Source of the DNA: an uncultured Sangeribacter sp.
GTDB taxonomy: Bacteria > Bacteroidota > Bacteroidia > Bacteroidales > Muribaculaceae
Length of the DNA: 58,704 nucleotides
Assembly (NCBI GenBank): GCA_964586465.1
Contig: CAZPHL010000002.1
Coordinates: forward strand, 1-58,704
Reading direction: 5' to 3'
Shown: in pieces, positions 20,152 to 30,794 of the stretch
Layout of the letters: each line of letters starts with the position of its first letter
Numbering within the stretch: the first letter of the stretch is position 1
Notes under the pieces: model-generated
What the model was told of the DNA's origin: nothing
Database searches by the model: none
The model's input: the letters and a program-made list of their open reading frames with translations, nothing else
Program-made: the position numbers and the translations under genes

Positions 20152-21354
20152 TTACCTCCAGGCTTTTTTTACCCTGTTGTTAACCGCAAATAGATTGACC
20201 GTCATCATTATCACCGATAATAATAACCCGACCAAGGGTCCTGTCCACCATCCGGCGGTATCGGCACCAAGTCCGCGCAAGGGCTCCAGATACCATCCTC
20301 TCAGTATCATTTCGGCTCCCAAGGCAAAGAGAAACGCAACGGCTGTTGACACCACCACGATTCTTTTGTAAGGTGCTGCCACTTCTCTCACAGGACATCC
20401 CAACATGAGCAGGGAATGAAGTTTGTCGCGATTCTTCTCCATCAGCAGCGACATGGAAAGCAGAAGTATAAAAAATGACAATACGGTTATGATCACACCT
20501 ATCGCAAGCACTATCCCCGTCACGACATTCAGTAGATAAGATGCCGAACTGTTACTTTTGTCTCCGGCCACTTCAAGATCGTTAGCCTCAAGGTAATCTT
20601 TGATAGCCACATCGCCGGGACTGTTGACGTCAACAATAAGACGAGACGGTCCGCTTTTACCCCTCCCTGTGCCTAACTCACTGTTACTCCACTTCATAAA
20701 TTCTTCCGGCACCAGAATAGTGTTCAGTCTGTTGGAAAAACCTACTACATGACCCGTAAACTCCTTTACTTTCCGTCCGTCATCAGAAGTCAGGGTCAGT
20801 CTCAATGGGATACCACTCAAGATATTCTCCGACATTTGCGGAAGTCCGGCTGAATTGGCGAAACCGAAGTTATAGAGGGCCAGATAATCTTTCGATATTA
20901 TAATCGGCACCTCACCACTGTCGCTCCGGAAATTCCATTCCGACGACTTTACATCCACAAAACGATCAGGCACCGATTCAAAAAAGAGCATTGTAGACAT
21001 ACCTTTACCACCGGCCCCCACAGAAGCCCAGATCCTGTAGTCGGCGGCACTGAATTCGCCTATACTCCTTACCCAGGGTTGGGCTTTAAGATCGTCCATT
21101 TCCTGAGGTGTGAACACTGATACCTCTCGATCCCAAGCGTTGGACGAAGACACCTTTTTATTCACAACAAGTATGTCATTATTTATGAAACTATCGTCTG
21201 AGCCCCATAATGAACGGGCATCCTGATAAAACTGAAGGCCACCCACTATTATGGCCAGCCCGAGAAAATTGGAAAGAATAAACCCGACTATACGAGCCCG
21301 GGAGGTATTTTTTCGTAATAGTCGTGAAATCAAACGTCGTGAATTCTGTTGCAT
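20152..21354 (-). CDS. ABC transporter permease (FtsX/MacB-like)
   Basis: One N-terminal TM, large periplasmic region, three C-terminal TMs; adjacent to an ABC ATPase. Confidence 0.75.
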   Translation of the reverse strand: MQQNSRRLISRLLRKNTSRARIVGFILSNFLGLAIIVGGLQFYQDARSLWGSDDSFINNDILVVNKKVSSSNAWDREVSVFTPQEMDDLKAQPWVRSIGEFSAADYRIWASVGAGGKGMSTMLFFESVPDRFVDVKSSEWNFRSDSGEVPIIISKDYLALYNFGFANSAGLPQMSENILSGIPLRLTLTSDDGRKVKEFTGHVVGFSNRLNTILVPEEFMKWSNSELGTGRGKSGPSRLIVDVNSPGDVAIKDYLEANDLEVAGDKSNSSASYLLNVVTGIVLAIGVIITVLSFFILLLSMSLLMEKNRDKLHSLLMLGCPVREVAAPYKRIVVVSTAVAFLFALGAEMILRGWYLEPLRGLGADTAGWWTGPLVGLLLSVIMMTVNLFAVNNRVKKAWR

Positions 21355-21375
21355 TTTATAGTTAACAGCTTTTGT

Positions 21376-22026
21376 TTAGAGTTGCAATCTCACACTTTCC
21401 TCTATCATGAGATGGTTGCCAACGGAAGTGCTGATAATTCCGGCTCCCTGACGCATGGCCTCTCCGAGTATAATTTTTGCCGCTTTCCGATTGTTCTCAT
21501 CATCGAGATGGCTGACCGGCTCATCGAGCAACAGGAAATCAAAAGGCTGGCATAGGGCACGTATTATCCCTACTCGCTGTTGCTGCCCTATCGACATGCG
21601 GCCTACAGGATAATCCCGGCGCGAATCTATGCCCAGTTCGTGGAGCCATTGCTCTATCCTCTCCTCCTCCATATATCCGGTAAGGGAATTCTTAAGCATG
21701 ATATTCTGCATGGCCGTCAGTTCGGGAAACAACGACAGTTCCTGAGGGAGATAAGCCAGATTGCGTCGGCGAAGCTCCTGCCAAGCATTCATAGAAAGAG
21801 TGGAGACGTCAATATCATTAAACCTTAATATACCTTCATAATCAGTGCGAGCTCCGAATATGTAGGCACACATAGACGACTTGCCGGCGCCGCTGGCGGC
21901 CTCGACACGATAACAGACACCTCTACGGAAAATCAGTTGGTTACGCCACACATCAGAAACAGGGATGCTTTCCGAGAGAAACACTCTCGGCAGCATCCCT
22001 GTGAGTCGGATTTCTTCTATCTGCAT
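21376..22026 (-). CDS. ABC transporter ATP-binding protein
   Basis: Walker A ASGAGKS, Q-loop YLPQ, signature MSIGQQQR, Walker B LLLDEP. Confidence 0.88.
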   Translation of the reverse strand: MQIEEIRLTGMLPRVFLSESIPVSDVWRNQLIFRRGVCYRVEAASGAGKSSMCAYIFGARTDYEGILRFNDIDVSTLSMNAWQELRRRNLAYLPQELSLFPELTAMQNIMLKNSLTGYMEEERIEQWLHELGIDSRRDYPVGRMSIGQQQRVGIIRALCQPFDFLLLDEPVSHLDDENNRKAAKIILGEAMRQGAGIISTSVGNHLMIEESVRLQL

Positions 22027-22053
22027 CTAATATCTATTTTCTCGGGCAGAGTG

Positions 22054-23247
22054 TCACTGAAGGTTGGCAGAAGCCTCGCGGATTCTGCGCATTGCCTCGC
22101 GGATATTATCATCGGAGGTTGCATAACTGAGACGCATATAGCCGGGAGCGCAGAAGGCAGCGCCGTCGACACAAGCCACATGGGCCTCCTCCAAAAGATA
22201 CATAACATAATCGCCGCTGCTTTTTATCTCACGGTCGCCGGCTTTCTTACCTATATAAGAGCTAACCTCCGGGAAAAGATAGAAAGCACCCTGAGGCTCA
22301 TTAATCACCCAACCGGGGATTTCCTTGGCCAGCGACACGATAAGGTCACGGCGTCGTTCGAAAGCCACACGCATTTCCTCCACACAGTCTTGCGGACCGT
22401 CGTAGGCAGCCTCGGCGGCCTTCTGGGCTATAGATGAGGCGCCTGAGGTGTACTGACCCTGAAGTTTTGTCACAGCTTTAGCCACGGCAAGAGGTCCGGC
22501 CATGTAACCGATGCGCCATCCGGTCATGGCGTATGCCTTCGACACGCCGTTGACTATTATCACACGGTTACGCACGTTTTCAAACTCACAGATGCTGTGG
22601 ACTTCATCAACAAAATTGATATGCTCATAGATGTCATCTGCCAGAATCATTACATCGGGATATTTGGCAAGGACATCAGCCAGCCCCTTGAGCTCATCAT
22701 AACTATAGATGCTTCCCGTAGGGTTGGAGGGTGAATTGAGCATGATCATGCGGGTCTTCGGGGTAATAGCTTTCTCAAGTTGCTCGGGAGTAATCTTGAA
22801 ATCCTGTTCAACACCGGCATACACTTCTACAGTGACACCCTCGGCAAGTTTCACCATTTCCACATAGCTTACCCAGGCGGGGACAGGGATGATAACCTCA
22901 TCGCCGGGATTTATGCAGGCGAGCAGCACATTACAGAGCTCCTGCTTGGCACCGTTGCCCACCACGATCTGTTCCGGAGCATATTCCACATGATTTTCAC
23001 GGAGCAATTTGGCGGATATAGCTTTACGCAAAGAGAGATAACCCGCTACGGGAGTATAACGTGAGAAATTCTCATCCACAGCTCTCTTGGCCGCCTCCTT
23101 GATGAAATCGGGAGTGTTGAAGTCGGGCTCACCGACCGACATGTTGATGACATCGACACCGGCAGCCTTAAGTTCGGCACTCTTCTGCGACATAGCCAAC
23201 GTAGCTGATGGAGAGAGAGCCTGAATGCGTTGTGAAATCTGAATCAT
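22054..23247 (-). CDS. aspC: PLP-dependent class I aminotransferase (aspartate aminotransferase)
   Basis: GEPDF, NSPSNPTG, DDIYE, SKAYAMTGWRIG, PQGAFY, RLSYA. Confidence 0.9.
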   Translation of the reverse strand: MIQISQRIQALSPSATLAMSQKSAELKAAGVDVINMSVGEPDFNTPDFIKEAAKRAVDENFSRYTPVAGYLSLRKAISAKLLRENHVEYAPEQIVVGNGAKQELCNVLLACINPGDEVIIPVPAWVSYVEMVKLAEGVTVEVYAGVEQDFKITPEQLEKAITPKTRMIMLNSPSNPTGSIYSYDELKGLADVLAKYPDVMILADDIYEHINFVDEVHSICEFENVRNRVIIVNGVSKAYAMTGWRIGYMAGPLAVAKAVTKLQGQYTSGASSIAQKAAEAAYDGPQDCVEEMRVAFERRRDLIVSLAKEIPGWVINEPQGAFYLFPEVSSYIGKKAGDREIKSSGDYVMYLLEEAHVACVDGAAFCAPGYMRLSYATSDDNIREAMRRIREASANLQ

Positions 23248-23358
23248 TATTTCTTTATTTAAGATTTTAGATTAAGTCATTATCAAAGGCACAGAGGTGA
23301 CACTGTATCCTTATCTGTCTGCGAAATTAGTTATTAAATATGATTACACAAAAAATAT

Positions 23359-23390
23359 TTTGGCTAAAGATTAAAAAATTCCTATCTTTG
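23359..23390 (+). promoter_or_regulatory. Bacteroidetes primary-sigma promoter (-33/-7)
   Basis: TTTG (23359-23362), 20-nt spacer, TATCTTTG (23383-23390). Confidence 0.7.
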
Positions 23391-23481
23391 GGCCTTATTT
23401 CTTCAGCCTGACAGGTTTTTGAACAAGGCATATTTTCGCTCCCTGTCAATCTGACCCTGATAATTTATAAATATCACTTAT

Positions 23482-24852
23482 ATGAAAAAAAATATCATTT
23501 CTGTAAAACCGCTGAGCATAGCTTTGCTCTGTGTGTTGGTGGCTCTGATTCCTTCGCTGACTTCATGCCGGGAAGAGAAAAGCGCCAATGTTTCAGATCT
23601 TCTGTCAACAGTGCCCTCTTCGGCCGGAGCAGTCGTGGGGTTCAATCTCGCCTCACTTCTTGAGAAAGCCGGTTGCAAGGTGGAAGGATCTACAATTACA
23701 CCGGGAAAAGAACTTGAGCAGATTCTTTCCTCCCAGACCCTTACCGACGGAAGTACAAAAGAGATAATAAAGATGCTCCTTTCCGGAGACAGCGGCATCG
23801 ACCCTATCGGCGCCTTGATATTCACGGATGCTTACCACACCTATCTTACGGCAGCTCTGGCCGACACCGACAAATTCTGTAATTTTGTTGAGCAGCAGAC
23901 CGGCACAGAGTTTGAGAACGTCGACGGCAAAATCAAAGTTTCAGGCCCCATAGCTGTCAACGGAGCCCAGATGTGGATGGCACTCGGCACCTCCACTTCG
24001 ATCGACACAAAAGCCATACAGAATTATTCAAGTCTTGACCAGGCTCAAAGTTTTGTGTCTCTGCCAGTGGCTTCCGATCTCTCTACAATGACCCACGACA
24101 TAGTCGGGTACGGACAGATCAAAAATTTCACGAAATCCTTCTCAATGCGCGATGCCGCCCAACTGTCGCTTGTAACAGGATTTCTTTTTGAAAATCCCTC
24201 GGCACTATCATTCCACATAGATTTCTTTAAAGGTGAGGCTAAAGCAAAGGCTATGGTGCTCAATGATAAATATCAGCCCGCGAAATATCTCCTTCCGGGC
24301 GATAAGATCGACGTGGACGACGTAAAGGCCTTATCACAGAACGCCAATATGATTTTCGCCATGGCCATTTCAAAAGATCTCGTAAAGAAACTAAATAAAA
24401 TAGCCGAAGGGTTCGGAGCTATGGCCGACAAAGCGGTAGAAGCTATCTCCTCTCTTGACGGCACGACAGCCCTGGCCATAAGTGAGCCGGGCGATTATAC
24501 AGAAAACTACAAAGCCATAATCTCCACCAACGGCAATCCTCCTATGGATCTGATGTCGATTCTCTCACAATTCGGTAATATACGTAAAGAAGACAAGAAA
24601 GTGGTGCTTTCAAATGGTATTGTCACAGGATCACTCGATGTGTCAAAGATGGCAGATAAATTTAAAGGCGCCACCATAGGCACCGTGGCAAATCTCGATA
24701 ATAAAAACTTCAATGGACACACCATGGGCATACGCACAGTGTGCATGACATTGAATCCTGAAAACGGATCTCTGGCCCTTAACGGATGGATAGACACTCC
24801 GGAACCGGATGTAAATGCACTGCTGACAATTCTCAAGCAACTGGCTGAATAA
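23482..24852 (+). CDS. Lipoprotein of unknown function (possibly DUF4836-like)
   Basis: Lipobox LTSC; VPSSAGAVV, SGID...IF and C-terminal NALLTIL resemble DUF4836 proteins from memory; family unverified. Confidence 0.6.
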   Translation: MKKNIISVKPLSIALLCVLVALIPSLTSCREEKSANVSDLLSTVPSSAGAVVGFNLASLLEKAGCKVEGSTITPGKELEQILSSQTLTDGSTKEIIKMLLSGDSGIDPIGALIFTDAYHTYLTAALADTDKFCNFVEQQTGTEFENVDGKIKVSGPIAVNGAQMWMALGTSTSIDTKAIQNYSSLDQAQSFVSLPVASDLSTMTHDIVGYGQIKNFTKSFSMRDAAQLSLVTGFLFENPSALSFHIDFFKGEAKAKAMVLNDKYQPAKYLLPGDKIDVDDVKALSQNANMIFAMAISKDLVKKLNKIAEGFGAMADKAVEAISSLDGTTALAISEPGDYTENYKAIISTNGNPPMDLMSILSQFGNIRKEDKKVVLSNGIVTGSLDVSKMADKFKGATIGTVANLDNKNFNGHTMGIRTVCMTLNPENGSLALNGWIDTPEPDVNALLTILKQLAE

Positions 24853-24899
24853 AGTCGACCAAAAAATTTTCACGCTCTTCAAATTTTTCCCCTCAATTA

Positions 24900-24931
24900 T
24901 TTGCTCAGTTCAAATATACTTCGTAACTTTG
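24900..24931 (+). promoter_or_regulatory. Promoter of tRNA-Tyr
   Basis: TTTG (24900-24903), 20-nt spacer, TAACTTTG (24924-24931). Confidence 0.8.
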
Positions 24932-24962
24932 CACCGCAATTCGGGAAACAACCGTTGAGCAC

Positions 24963-25045
24963 GGGTGGATACCAGAGTGGCCAAATGGGGCAGACTGTAA
25001 ATCTGCTGGTTTATACCTTCGGTGGTTCGAATCCATCTCCACCCA
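24963..25045 (+). tRNA. tRNA-Tyr (GTA), CCA not encoded
   Basis: Acceptor GGGTGGA/TCCACCC+A, anticodon arm GCAGA-CTGTAAA-TCTGC (GTA at 24997-24999), long variable arm, T-loop GGTTCGAATCC. Confidence 0.97.
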
Positions 25046-25085
25046 CTTACGACATCAATTCAATTATTGCACATAACAACAGTAC

Positions 25086-25119
25086 AAAAAGGTCGGATCC
25101 GTGAGGACTCGTCCTTTTT
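25086..25119 (+). terminator. Terminator after tRNA-Tyr
   Basis: AAAAAGG...TCC-GTGA-GGA...CCTTTTT imperfect hairpin with T-tract. Confidence 0.65.
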
Positions 25120-25173
25120 AATTATATTCCTCTGATAATTATACTCCTCTGACATCCCATATACTTCATTGTT

Positions 25174-25740
25174 ATGAACCGACTTCTACTCATAATCGAT
25201 CCACAAGTGGACTTTATCTCCGGCACACTACCCGTGCCCTGTGCGGAGACCGCTATGAACGATCTGGCCCTATATATTGCCGATAACGGCGGCAGATATG
25301 TTCATAAGGTTGTAACGGCCGACAGGCATCCGTTCAATCACTGTTCTTTTGTTGAAAATGGCGGAGAATGGCCGCGTCACTGCGTCCACGATACTATCGG
25401 CGCTGCTGTCTGGCCACCACTTTTCCCGGCTCTTTACGAGACCCCGGGACAAGTTACTTTCCTTTATAAAGGTGAGAAACCTGATGAAGAGGAATATTCG
25501 ATTCTCAAGAACCCGGCAGCCAGGCAACAGTTGTTGTCAATAATCCGTGATAATAATATCGGCTCTATAGATCTATGCGGGCTCGCGGGAGATGTGTGCG
25601 TGCTCGCCACACTCAACGATGCCACACAACTTCTCCCCAAAGAGATGCTGAATGTGCTCCCCCGGTTCTCCCCTTCAATCGACGGTGGCGGAAAGTTGAC
25701 AGAAGCAATAAAGGATATTGGTCCTGCATCCGAAATCTGA
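25174..25740 (+). CDS. pncA: Isochorismatase-family cysteine hydrolase (nicotinamidase/pyrazinamidase-like)
   Basis: IIDPQVDF, DRHP, WPRHCV, KG...EEYS, GLAGDVCV. Confidence 0.8.
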   Translation: MNRLLLIIDPQVDFISGTLPVPCAETAMNDLALYIADNGGRYVHKVVTADRHPFNHCSFVENGGEWPRHCVHDTIGAAVWPPLFPALYETPGQVTFLYKGEKPDEEEYSILKNPAARQQLLSIIRDNNIGSIDLCGLAGDVCVLATLNDATQLLPKEMLNVLPRFSPSIDGGGKLTEAIKDIGPASEI

Positions 25741-25815
25741 TCTCCTCCTATAATTAATCACATTTTTCATTAGTGTGAGGTTGAATCCCGGAAAGGTCGA
25801 GTGTTTTTAATGTGT

Positions 25816-26349
25816 ATGAAGAGAATAGAAAACATCGAACGGCTTTTCCGGGAAAATTATACCCCTATGCTAAGGCTCGCTTTCAGAATATTGGATGATG
25901 AAAGTGTGGCCAGAGACATTGTCCATGATATCTTCGCCTCTATAGTAAGTGAAAAAGATACGGCTGACGAAGATACGTCCCTTAGTGAAAGGAAGTCTGA
26001 TCTCACCTCTTCTTACCTTCTCCGTGCCACCCGTAACCGCTGTCTTAACCATATCCGGCATCTGTCGGTAAGAGAGAAGATACACAGACTTTACAGTCTT
26101 GAGAATGGAGATGTGACAGGGAAAGAATCAGAAACGGATTGGCCTGATGAAACTACTTTTCTTAAAATCACAGAAACTGTAGAGTCTGATCTTTCAGGCA
26201 ACTGCCGGGAAGTAGTAAAAATGAGATTTCAACAGGGCTTTGATACAAAAAAGATAGCCGCAGCTCTCGGCATATCCCGTCAGGCCGTTTACAAACACCT
26301 TAACCACGCCATTCATCTGCTACGTCTAAAACTTAATCATCATGGATAA
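25816..26349 (+). CDS. ECF sigma-70 factor
   Basis: Region 2 ARDIVHDIF...YLLRATRNRCLNHIR; region 4 KIAAALGISRQAVYKHL. Start could also be 25810. Confidence 0.9.
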   Translation: MKRIENIERLFRENYTPMLRLAFRILDDESVARDIVHDIFASIVSEKDTADEDTSLSERKSDLTSSYLLRATRNRCLNHIRHLSVREKIHRLYSLENGDVTGKESETDWPDETTFLKITETVESDLSGNCREVVKMRFQQGFDTKKIAAALGISRQAVYKHLNHAIHLLRLKLNHHG

Positions 26350-27034
26350 TACCAACCGACTTTTTGAAGCGATAGAACATCCGGAAAATTTTTCTGAAGA
26401 AAATCTCTTATCTTTATTAGCTGACCCGGAAACAAGGGAGAAATATGAACTGATGTGTGAGATGAGGGCCTCTCTTCGTCAATCGCCACAGGCTGATCTT
26501 GATAAAGAATGGGAGGCTTTCACGGTTGCCAATAAAATTCATTCCTTACTATCCGCCCCGCCTTCCGGACAGAAGAAACAGTTGAATTCATACACAAACA
26601 GAGTGACCAAACAACTCTTGCGCAATACAGCGGCCGTAATAGCTTTAGCAATAATATCGCTTACAGCCATCGCTACTGTAATCGGAGTGAAACTTTATGA
26701 AAAAGAGAAAGAGGCGGTGGTTAGCTCTGAATCAATCAATAGTAGACCCGACAATCCGCTACAATCATCTACTATGCTTTCGCAGACTCAAGATCAGTCC
26801 ACTGCGGCCATCATGGCTCCTGTTTTATTTGAAAATGAGCCTCTTGAGGAAATCATTGAAAAAATCAGACAACACTACGGCTTAGAAGTGAGCTTCAAAG
26901 CGGCGGATGCTAAAAAATTGCGTCTATATTTTCGTTGGAATCCGAATCTTCCAATCGAAGATGTCATTGACCTGCTCAACAATTTCCGGCAGTTCTCAAT
27001 ATATCTCTCCGACAAGACTCTTATTATCGAGTAA
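26342..27034 (+). CDS. Short FecR-type anti-sigma factor (single TM, C-terminal DUF4974-like domain)
   Basis: Overlaps the sigma stop; TM AAVIALAIISLTAIA; C-terminal FENEPLEEI...Y...LRLYFRW...LLNNF. Confidence 0.8.
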   Translation: MDNTNRLFEAIEHPENFSEENLLSLLADPETREKYELMCEMRASLRQSPQADLDKEWEAFTVANKIHSLLSAPPSGQKKQLNSYTNRVTKQLLRNTAAVIALAIISLTAIATVIGVKLYEKEKEAVVSSESINSRPDNPLQSSTMLSQTQDQSTAAIMAPVLFENEPLEEIIEKIRQHYGLEVSFKAADAKKLRLYFRWNPNLPIEDVIDLLNNFRQFSIYLSDKTLIIE

Positions 27035-27062
27035 TACATCACCTTCCTAACCTACATCCAAT

Positions 27063-29600
27063 ATGCTTCGCCTGCTTTTTTCAATCATAATTATGATTGC
27101 TTTCTTTCATGCACATAGTGCGTCCTATTCATATAAATTTCAGGATACCCCTCTGGCTTCGGCACTGAGCCTTATCGGTGAACAGCATCCGGAGATCAAT
27201 CTTATCTTTATATATAATGAATTGGAAAACTACTCCACCAGTGCCTCTATAAATACCGACGATCCGCAAGAAGCGATACGCCTCGCAGTGGGATTAAATC
27301 CCGTGACGATACTTAACCGTAAGAGCACCTTTTTTCTTGAGGCCCTGCAACATGGCAAATACGTGTATCGGGGACGTACGGCAGGACCGGATAATCAACC
27401 TGTCGTAGCCGCAACTGTAATGCTTCTCACACCCAATGATTCGACAGCCATAACCTACGCAATAACCGGCGACGACGGCAGATTCTCGATACCTTGTGAT
27501 CGCAGGGATGTGATAGCTAAAATCAGTTCGATCGGTTATAAGACACTATTTATAAACTGTCATGATTTCAATATGGGCACAATAAAAATGCAGGAATTGC
27601 CCATCAATCTCAAAGGACTTGAAGTGAATCCCGACTATGCCACCGTGTATTCCGACCGCACCACTTTCATCCCTACCACACGGCAGAAAAACGCATCACA
27701 GACCGGACTTGAACTTCTGACAAGAATGGCTATCCCTTATCTCAGAACGGGAGGTCTGAACGGGGTGACGACACTGACAGGGGCACCGGTTGAAATATTT
27801 ATTGACTTCCTGCCCGCATCAGGTGATGACATGAAAGGCATGAGGATGGCAGATGTGAGGAAGGTGGAATACTATGATTTCCCTTCTGATCCAAGGTTTC
27901 TCGGGAAACCGCATGTAGTGAATTTCATAATGGTGAAATATGAATACGGAGGTTATCTGAAAGGTTACACAGACCATAACATATTATACAACTCAGGACA
28001 ACTTAACGGATATGGGAAATTACAATATAAAAAAATGACCTACGACATAAGTCTGGGAGGATACCACCGTGATGATACTCATGCTGGCACCCTCAGCGAG
28101 GAGACATTCAGAATCCCTGACGCGAGCGGGGATCTCAACACTTTCCATAGATATTCCGGTGTAGAAGGGTCCGATATCAAGAACCGCCTTTACTGGTCGA
28201 CTTTTCGCGCAACGTATGCCACTGAAAAAATGACTGTACGTAACTCCATAGCAGGAGACTTTGACCATAAGCCTGTCAATTCACAATATGGCACTGTAAG
28301 TTATTCGCCGGAGATAACACCTGCCTCCTCCTACGAATCCGACCATTCGGACCATGTCAACTCCATATCTTATTACGGACAGCTCACACTGCATCTGCCC
28401 AAAGACAATACGCTGACGGTGGCTCCTAACTACTCTTTCTCGCACACAAGACAACTGACCGGGTATACTGAAAACACCTCCTCCCCTTACCTGAATCTCG
28501 CCAAAGGAGACACTCACAGAGCATCAGCTTCAGTATCCTTTTTTCACAATTTTAAAAACCGATCTACGTTAAGCGCCATATTTGACGGAGAATATATGGC
28601 TGACAAGATAATATATGAAGGAACAGCAGACGCCACCGACCATACCCGATCACTGCGTCTCACCCCCTCTTTGGCCTACTCAATTTATGCCGGTGATTTC
28701 TATGGAAGGGTTTCCGTAGGCCTGCAGTGGCAACGCTTCTCTTATTCCGACCTCACCGACCTATCCAAAGCGCCATGGCTCAACCTCTCCTTACAGTATT
28801 CCTTCCGCAAGAAACATTCCCTGAGAGCTGATTTCAACTACAACAGCACTCTCCCGGCCGCTTACTACAGGAGCAATAACATCATACAATCCAATCCATT
28901 GATGGCCTACACAGGCAATCCATCACTGAAACCCGAGAAACGATTCAGTATCAACGGCTCCTATAGCTTCTTTCCCTCCAATACTTTCTATTGCTCGGCA
29001 TATACATCGACTTCAATTCTGAATAACAGAGCTGTTTTCAACTATCAACCTTCGGGAGATGGCATACTGCGCACTATATCCCAGAATTCAGGCCACTACT
29101 CCAACATCTCTTACGGGCTATATGCTTCAGTTGATCTCTTCAATGCGTCCTTACAACTGTCAGGAAATCTACAGAATACTATAATTCACAATGGCTATCC
29201 TTACAACCTGACGAAGTCAGCTATCGATTATTCCATAGAGGCTTACTATTATCTAAAAGACTTTAATTTCGGCGCCACCTTCATCTCTCCGCAACGTTCC
29301 TGTCCGAATACTATGACAGGCACATGGGAGTCGAGCAGGTCAATATATTATATAAGTGCCGGATGGGCTGACAGTGTGTGGAATCTGAGGGTTGTCTTTA
29401 ATGGATTTGCAACCTGGAACTGGAAAAACTCCACCACTACTCTGTATACCCCATACTATGATCTCCGACAGACAGTATACGGGCAAGGACACGCCTTTAT
29501 AAAACTTGCCGCTACCTACACATTTGGTTTCGGTAAGAAAATAAATCGCGGTGACGAGTCCAACCGCATGTCAGGTGTAAAAGCCAATATCCTGAAATGA
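27063..29600 (+). CDS. TonB-dependent-like outer-membrane receptor with N-terminal signalling (STN-like) extension
   Basis: Signal peptide, FQDTPLASAL...FIYNELE STN-like segment, carboxypeptidase-regulatory-like domain (ISSIGYKT), aromatic-rich barrel with YTFGFGKK near the end. Confidence 0.75.
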   Translation: MLRLLFSIIIMIAFFHAHSASYSYKFQDTPLASALSLIGEQHPEINLIFIYNELENYSTSASINTDDPQEAIRLAVGLNPVTILNRKSTFFLEALQHGKYVYRGRTAGPDNQPVVAATVMLLTPNDSTAITYAITGDDGRFSIPCDRRDVIAKISSIGYKTLFINCHDFNMGTIKMQELPINLKGLEVNPDYATVYSDRTTFIPTTRQKNASQTGLELLTRMAIPYLRTGGLNGVTTLTGAPVEIFIDFLPASGDDMKGMRMADVRKVEYYDFPSDPRFLGKPHVVNFIMVKYEYGGYLKGYTDHNILYNSGQLNGYGKLQYKKMTYDISLGGYHRDDTHAGTLSEETFRIPDASGDLNTFHRYSGVEGSDIKNRLYWSTFRATYATEKMTVRNSIAGDFDHKPVNSQYGTVSYSPEITPASSYESDHSDHVNSISYYGQLTLHLPKDNTLTVAPNYSFSHTRQLTGYTENTSSPYLNLAKGDTHRASASVSFFHNFKNRSTLSAIFDGEYMADKIIYEGTADATDHTRSLRLTPSLAYSIYAGDFYGRVSVGLQWQRFSYSDLTDLSKAPWLNLSLQYSFRKKHSLRADFNYNSTLPAAYYRSNNIIQSNPLMAYTGNPSLKPEKRFSINGSYSFFPSNTFYCSAYTSTSILNNRAVFNYQPSGDGILRTISQNSGHYSNISYGLYASVDLFNASLQLSGNLQNTIIHNGYPYNLTKSAIDYSIEAYYYLKDFNFGATFISPQRSCPNTMTGTWESSRSIYYISAGWADSVWNLRVVFNGFATWNWKNSTTTLYTPYYDLRQTVYGQGHAFIKLAATYTFGFGKKINRGDESNRMSGVKANILK

Positions 29601-29635
29601 CCTTCAGTATAAAGCTCAGTCTGAAACACTATAGA

Positions 29636-29676
29636 AAATGCCGGTGACACAATTCACTTTGTGTGGCCGGCATTTT
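29636..29676. terminator. Bidirectional terminator between the receptor gene and pfkA
   Basis: AAAATGCCGG..ACACAA / TTGTGT.GCCGGCATTTT inverted repeat. Confidence 0.75.
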
Positions 29677-29762
29677 GTATGAGCAGCTGATAAATCAGCA
29701 CTATGATTAAGCTATAATTTGCTTGAGAATTTTTGAGATAAGGTTATCTTGTTAAATACAGA

Positions 29763-30743
29763 TTAGATTGAGAGACGACGCAGGGTTGAGAGCAATTCCT
29801 GATTGATAGGCTTGTCATTCTTGATAGCCTTTGTGAAAGGCACATAGACAATCTCATCGTTCTTGATACCGATCATGACATTTCGCTGATCATCCAATAG
29901 TGCATCCACGGCAGCGGCGCCCATTCGTGAGGCGAGAATACGGTCATGAGCCGTCGGAGAACCACCCCGCTGTAGATGACCGAGGATAGTGACACGCACA
30001 TCATAATTAGGATACTCTGTCTTTACCCTCTCTGCCAGGCCCATGGCACCGCCGGTAGAGGGAGATTCGGCCACGAGTACGATCGAAGAGTTCTTTGATT
30101 TACGGAAACCGTTGGCTATAAGTTCGTCAAGCTGATCCTCCTGAGTGGAGATTTCAGGGATTATGGCAGCCTCGGCACCGGAGGCGATAGCACCGTTAAG
30201 AGCCAGGAAACCGGCATCGCGACCCATCACCTCTATAAAGAACAGACGCTCATGGGAAGTGGCCGTATCACGGATTTTGTCAACACAATCCATGATAGTA
30301 TTTAGAGCAGTGTCATAACCGATAGTGGAGTCGGTGCCATAGAGGTCATTGTCGATTGTGCCGGGCAACCCTACAACCTGGAACGAGAATTCGTTGGCGA
30401 ATATACGCGCACCTGTGAGAGATCCGTCGCCACCGATCACTACAAGGCAGTCGATACCATGACGCTGCAGCACATCATAAGCACACTGGCGCCCTTCAGG
30501 GGTCTGGAATTCCTTACAACGCGCTGTCTTGAGTATGGTTCCGCCACGCTGTATGATATTGGATACATTCTGAGTGGAAAACTCCTCGATTTCATCTGTG
30601 ATCAGACCACGGTAACCGCGTTTGATGCCAAACACCTTAAACCCTGCGAAGATCGCAGCTCGTGTCACCGCACGTATAGCGGCGTTCATGCCGGGGGCAT
30701 CACCTCCCGAAGTCAGGATCCCGACTGCTCTTTGTTTTGCCAT
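29763..30743 (-). CDS. pfkA: ATP-dependent 6-phosphofructokinase
   Basis: [36 protein letters not shown]. Confidence 0.96.
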   Translation of the reverse strand: MAKQRAVGILTSGGDAPGMNAAIRAVTRAAIFAGFKVFGIKRGYRGLITDEIEEFSTQNVSNIIQRGGTILKTARCKEFQTPEGRQCAYDVLQRHGIDCLVVIGGDGSLTGARIFANEFSFQVVGLPGTIDNDLYGTDSTIGYDTALNTIMDCVDKIRDTATSHERLFFIEVMGRDAGFLALNGAIASGAEAAIIPEISTQEDQLDELIANGFRKSKNSSIVLVAESPSTGGAMGLAERVKTEYPNYDVRVTILGHLQRGGSPTAHDRILASRMGAAAVDALLDDQRNVMIGIKNDEIVYVPFTKAIKNDKPINQELLSTLRRLSI

Positions 30744-30794
30744 AGGTATATTATTTATAGTGGATTGTTATAGTTATATATAGTTTTCTTCCCA

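Noticed and set aside
24901-25104. 67-aa ORF
   Set aside because: Overlaps tRNA-Tyr and its promoter; spurious.
25046-29760. Genomic island integrated at tRNA-Tyr
   Set aside because: No integrase and no duplicated tRNA 3' end seen before pfkA, so an island cannot be supported.
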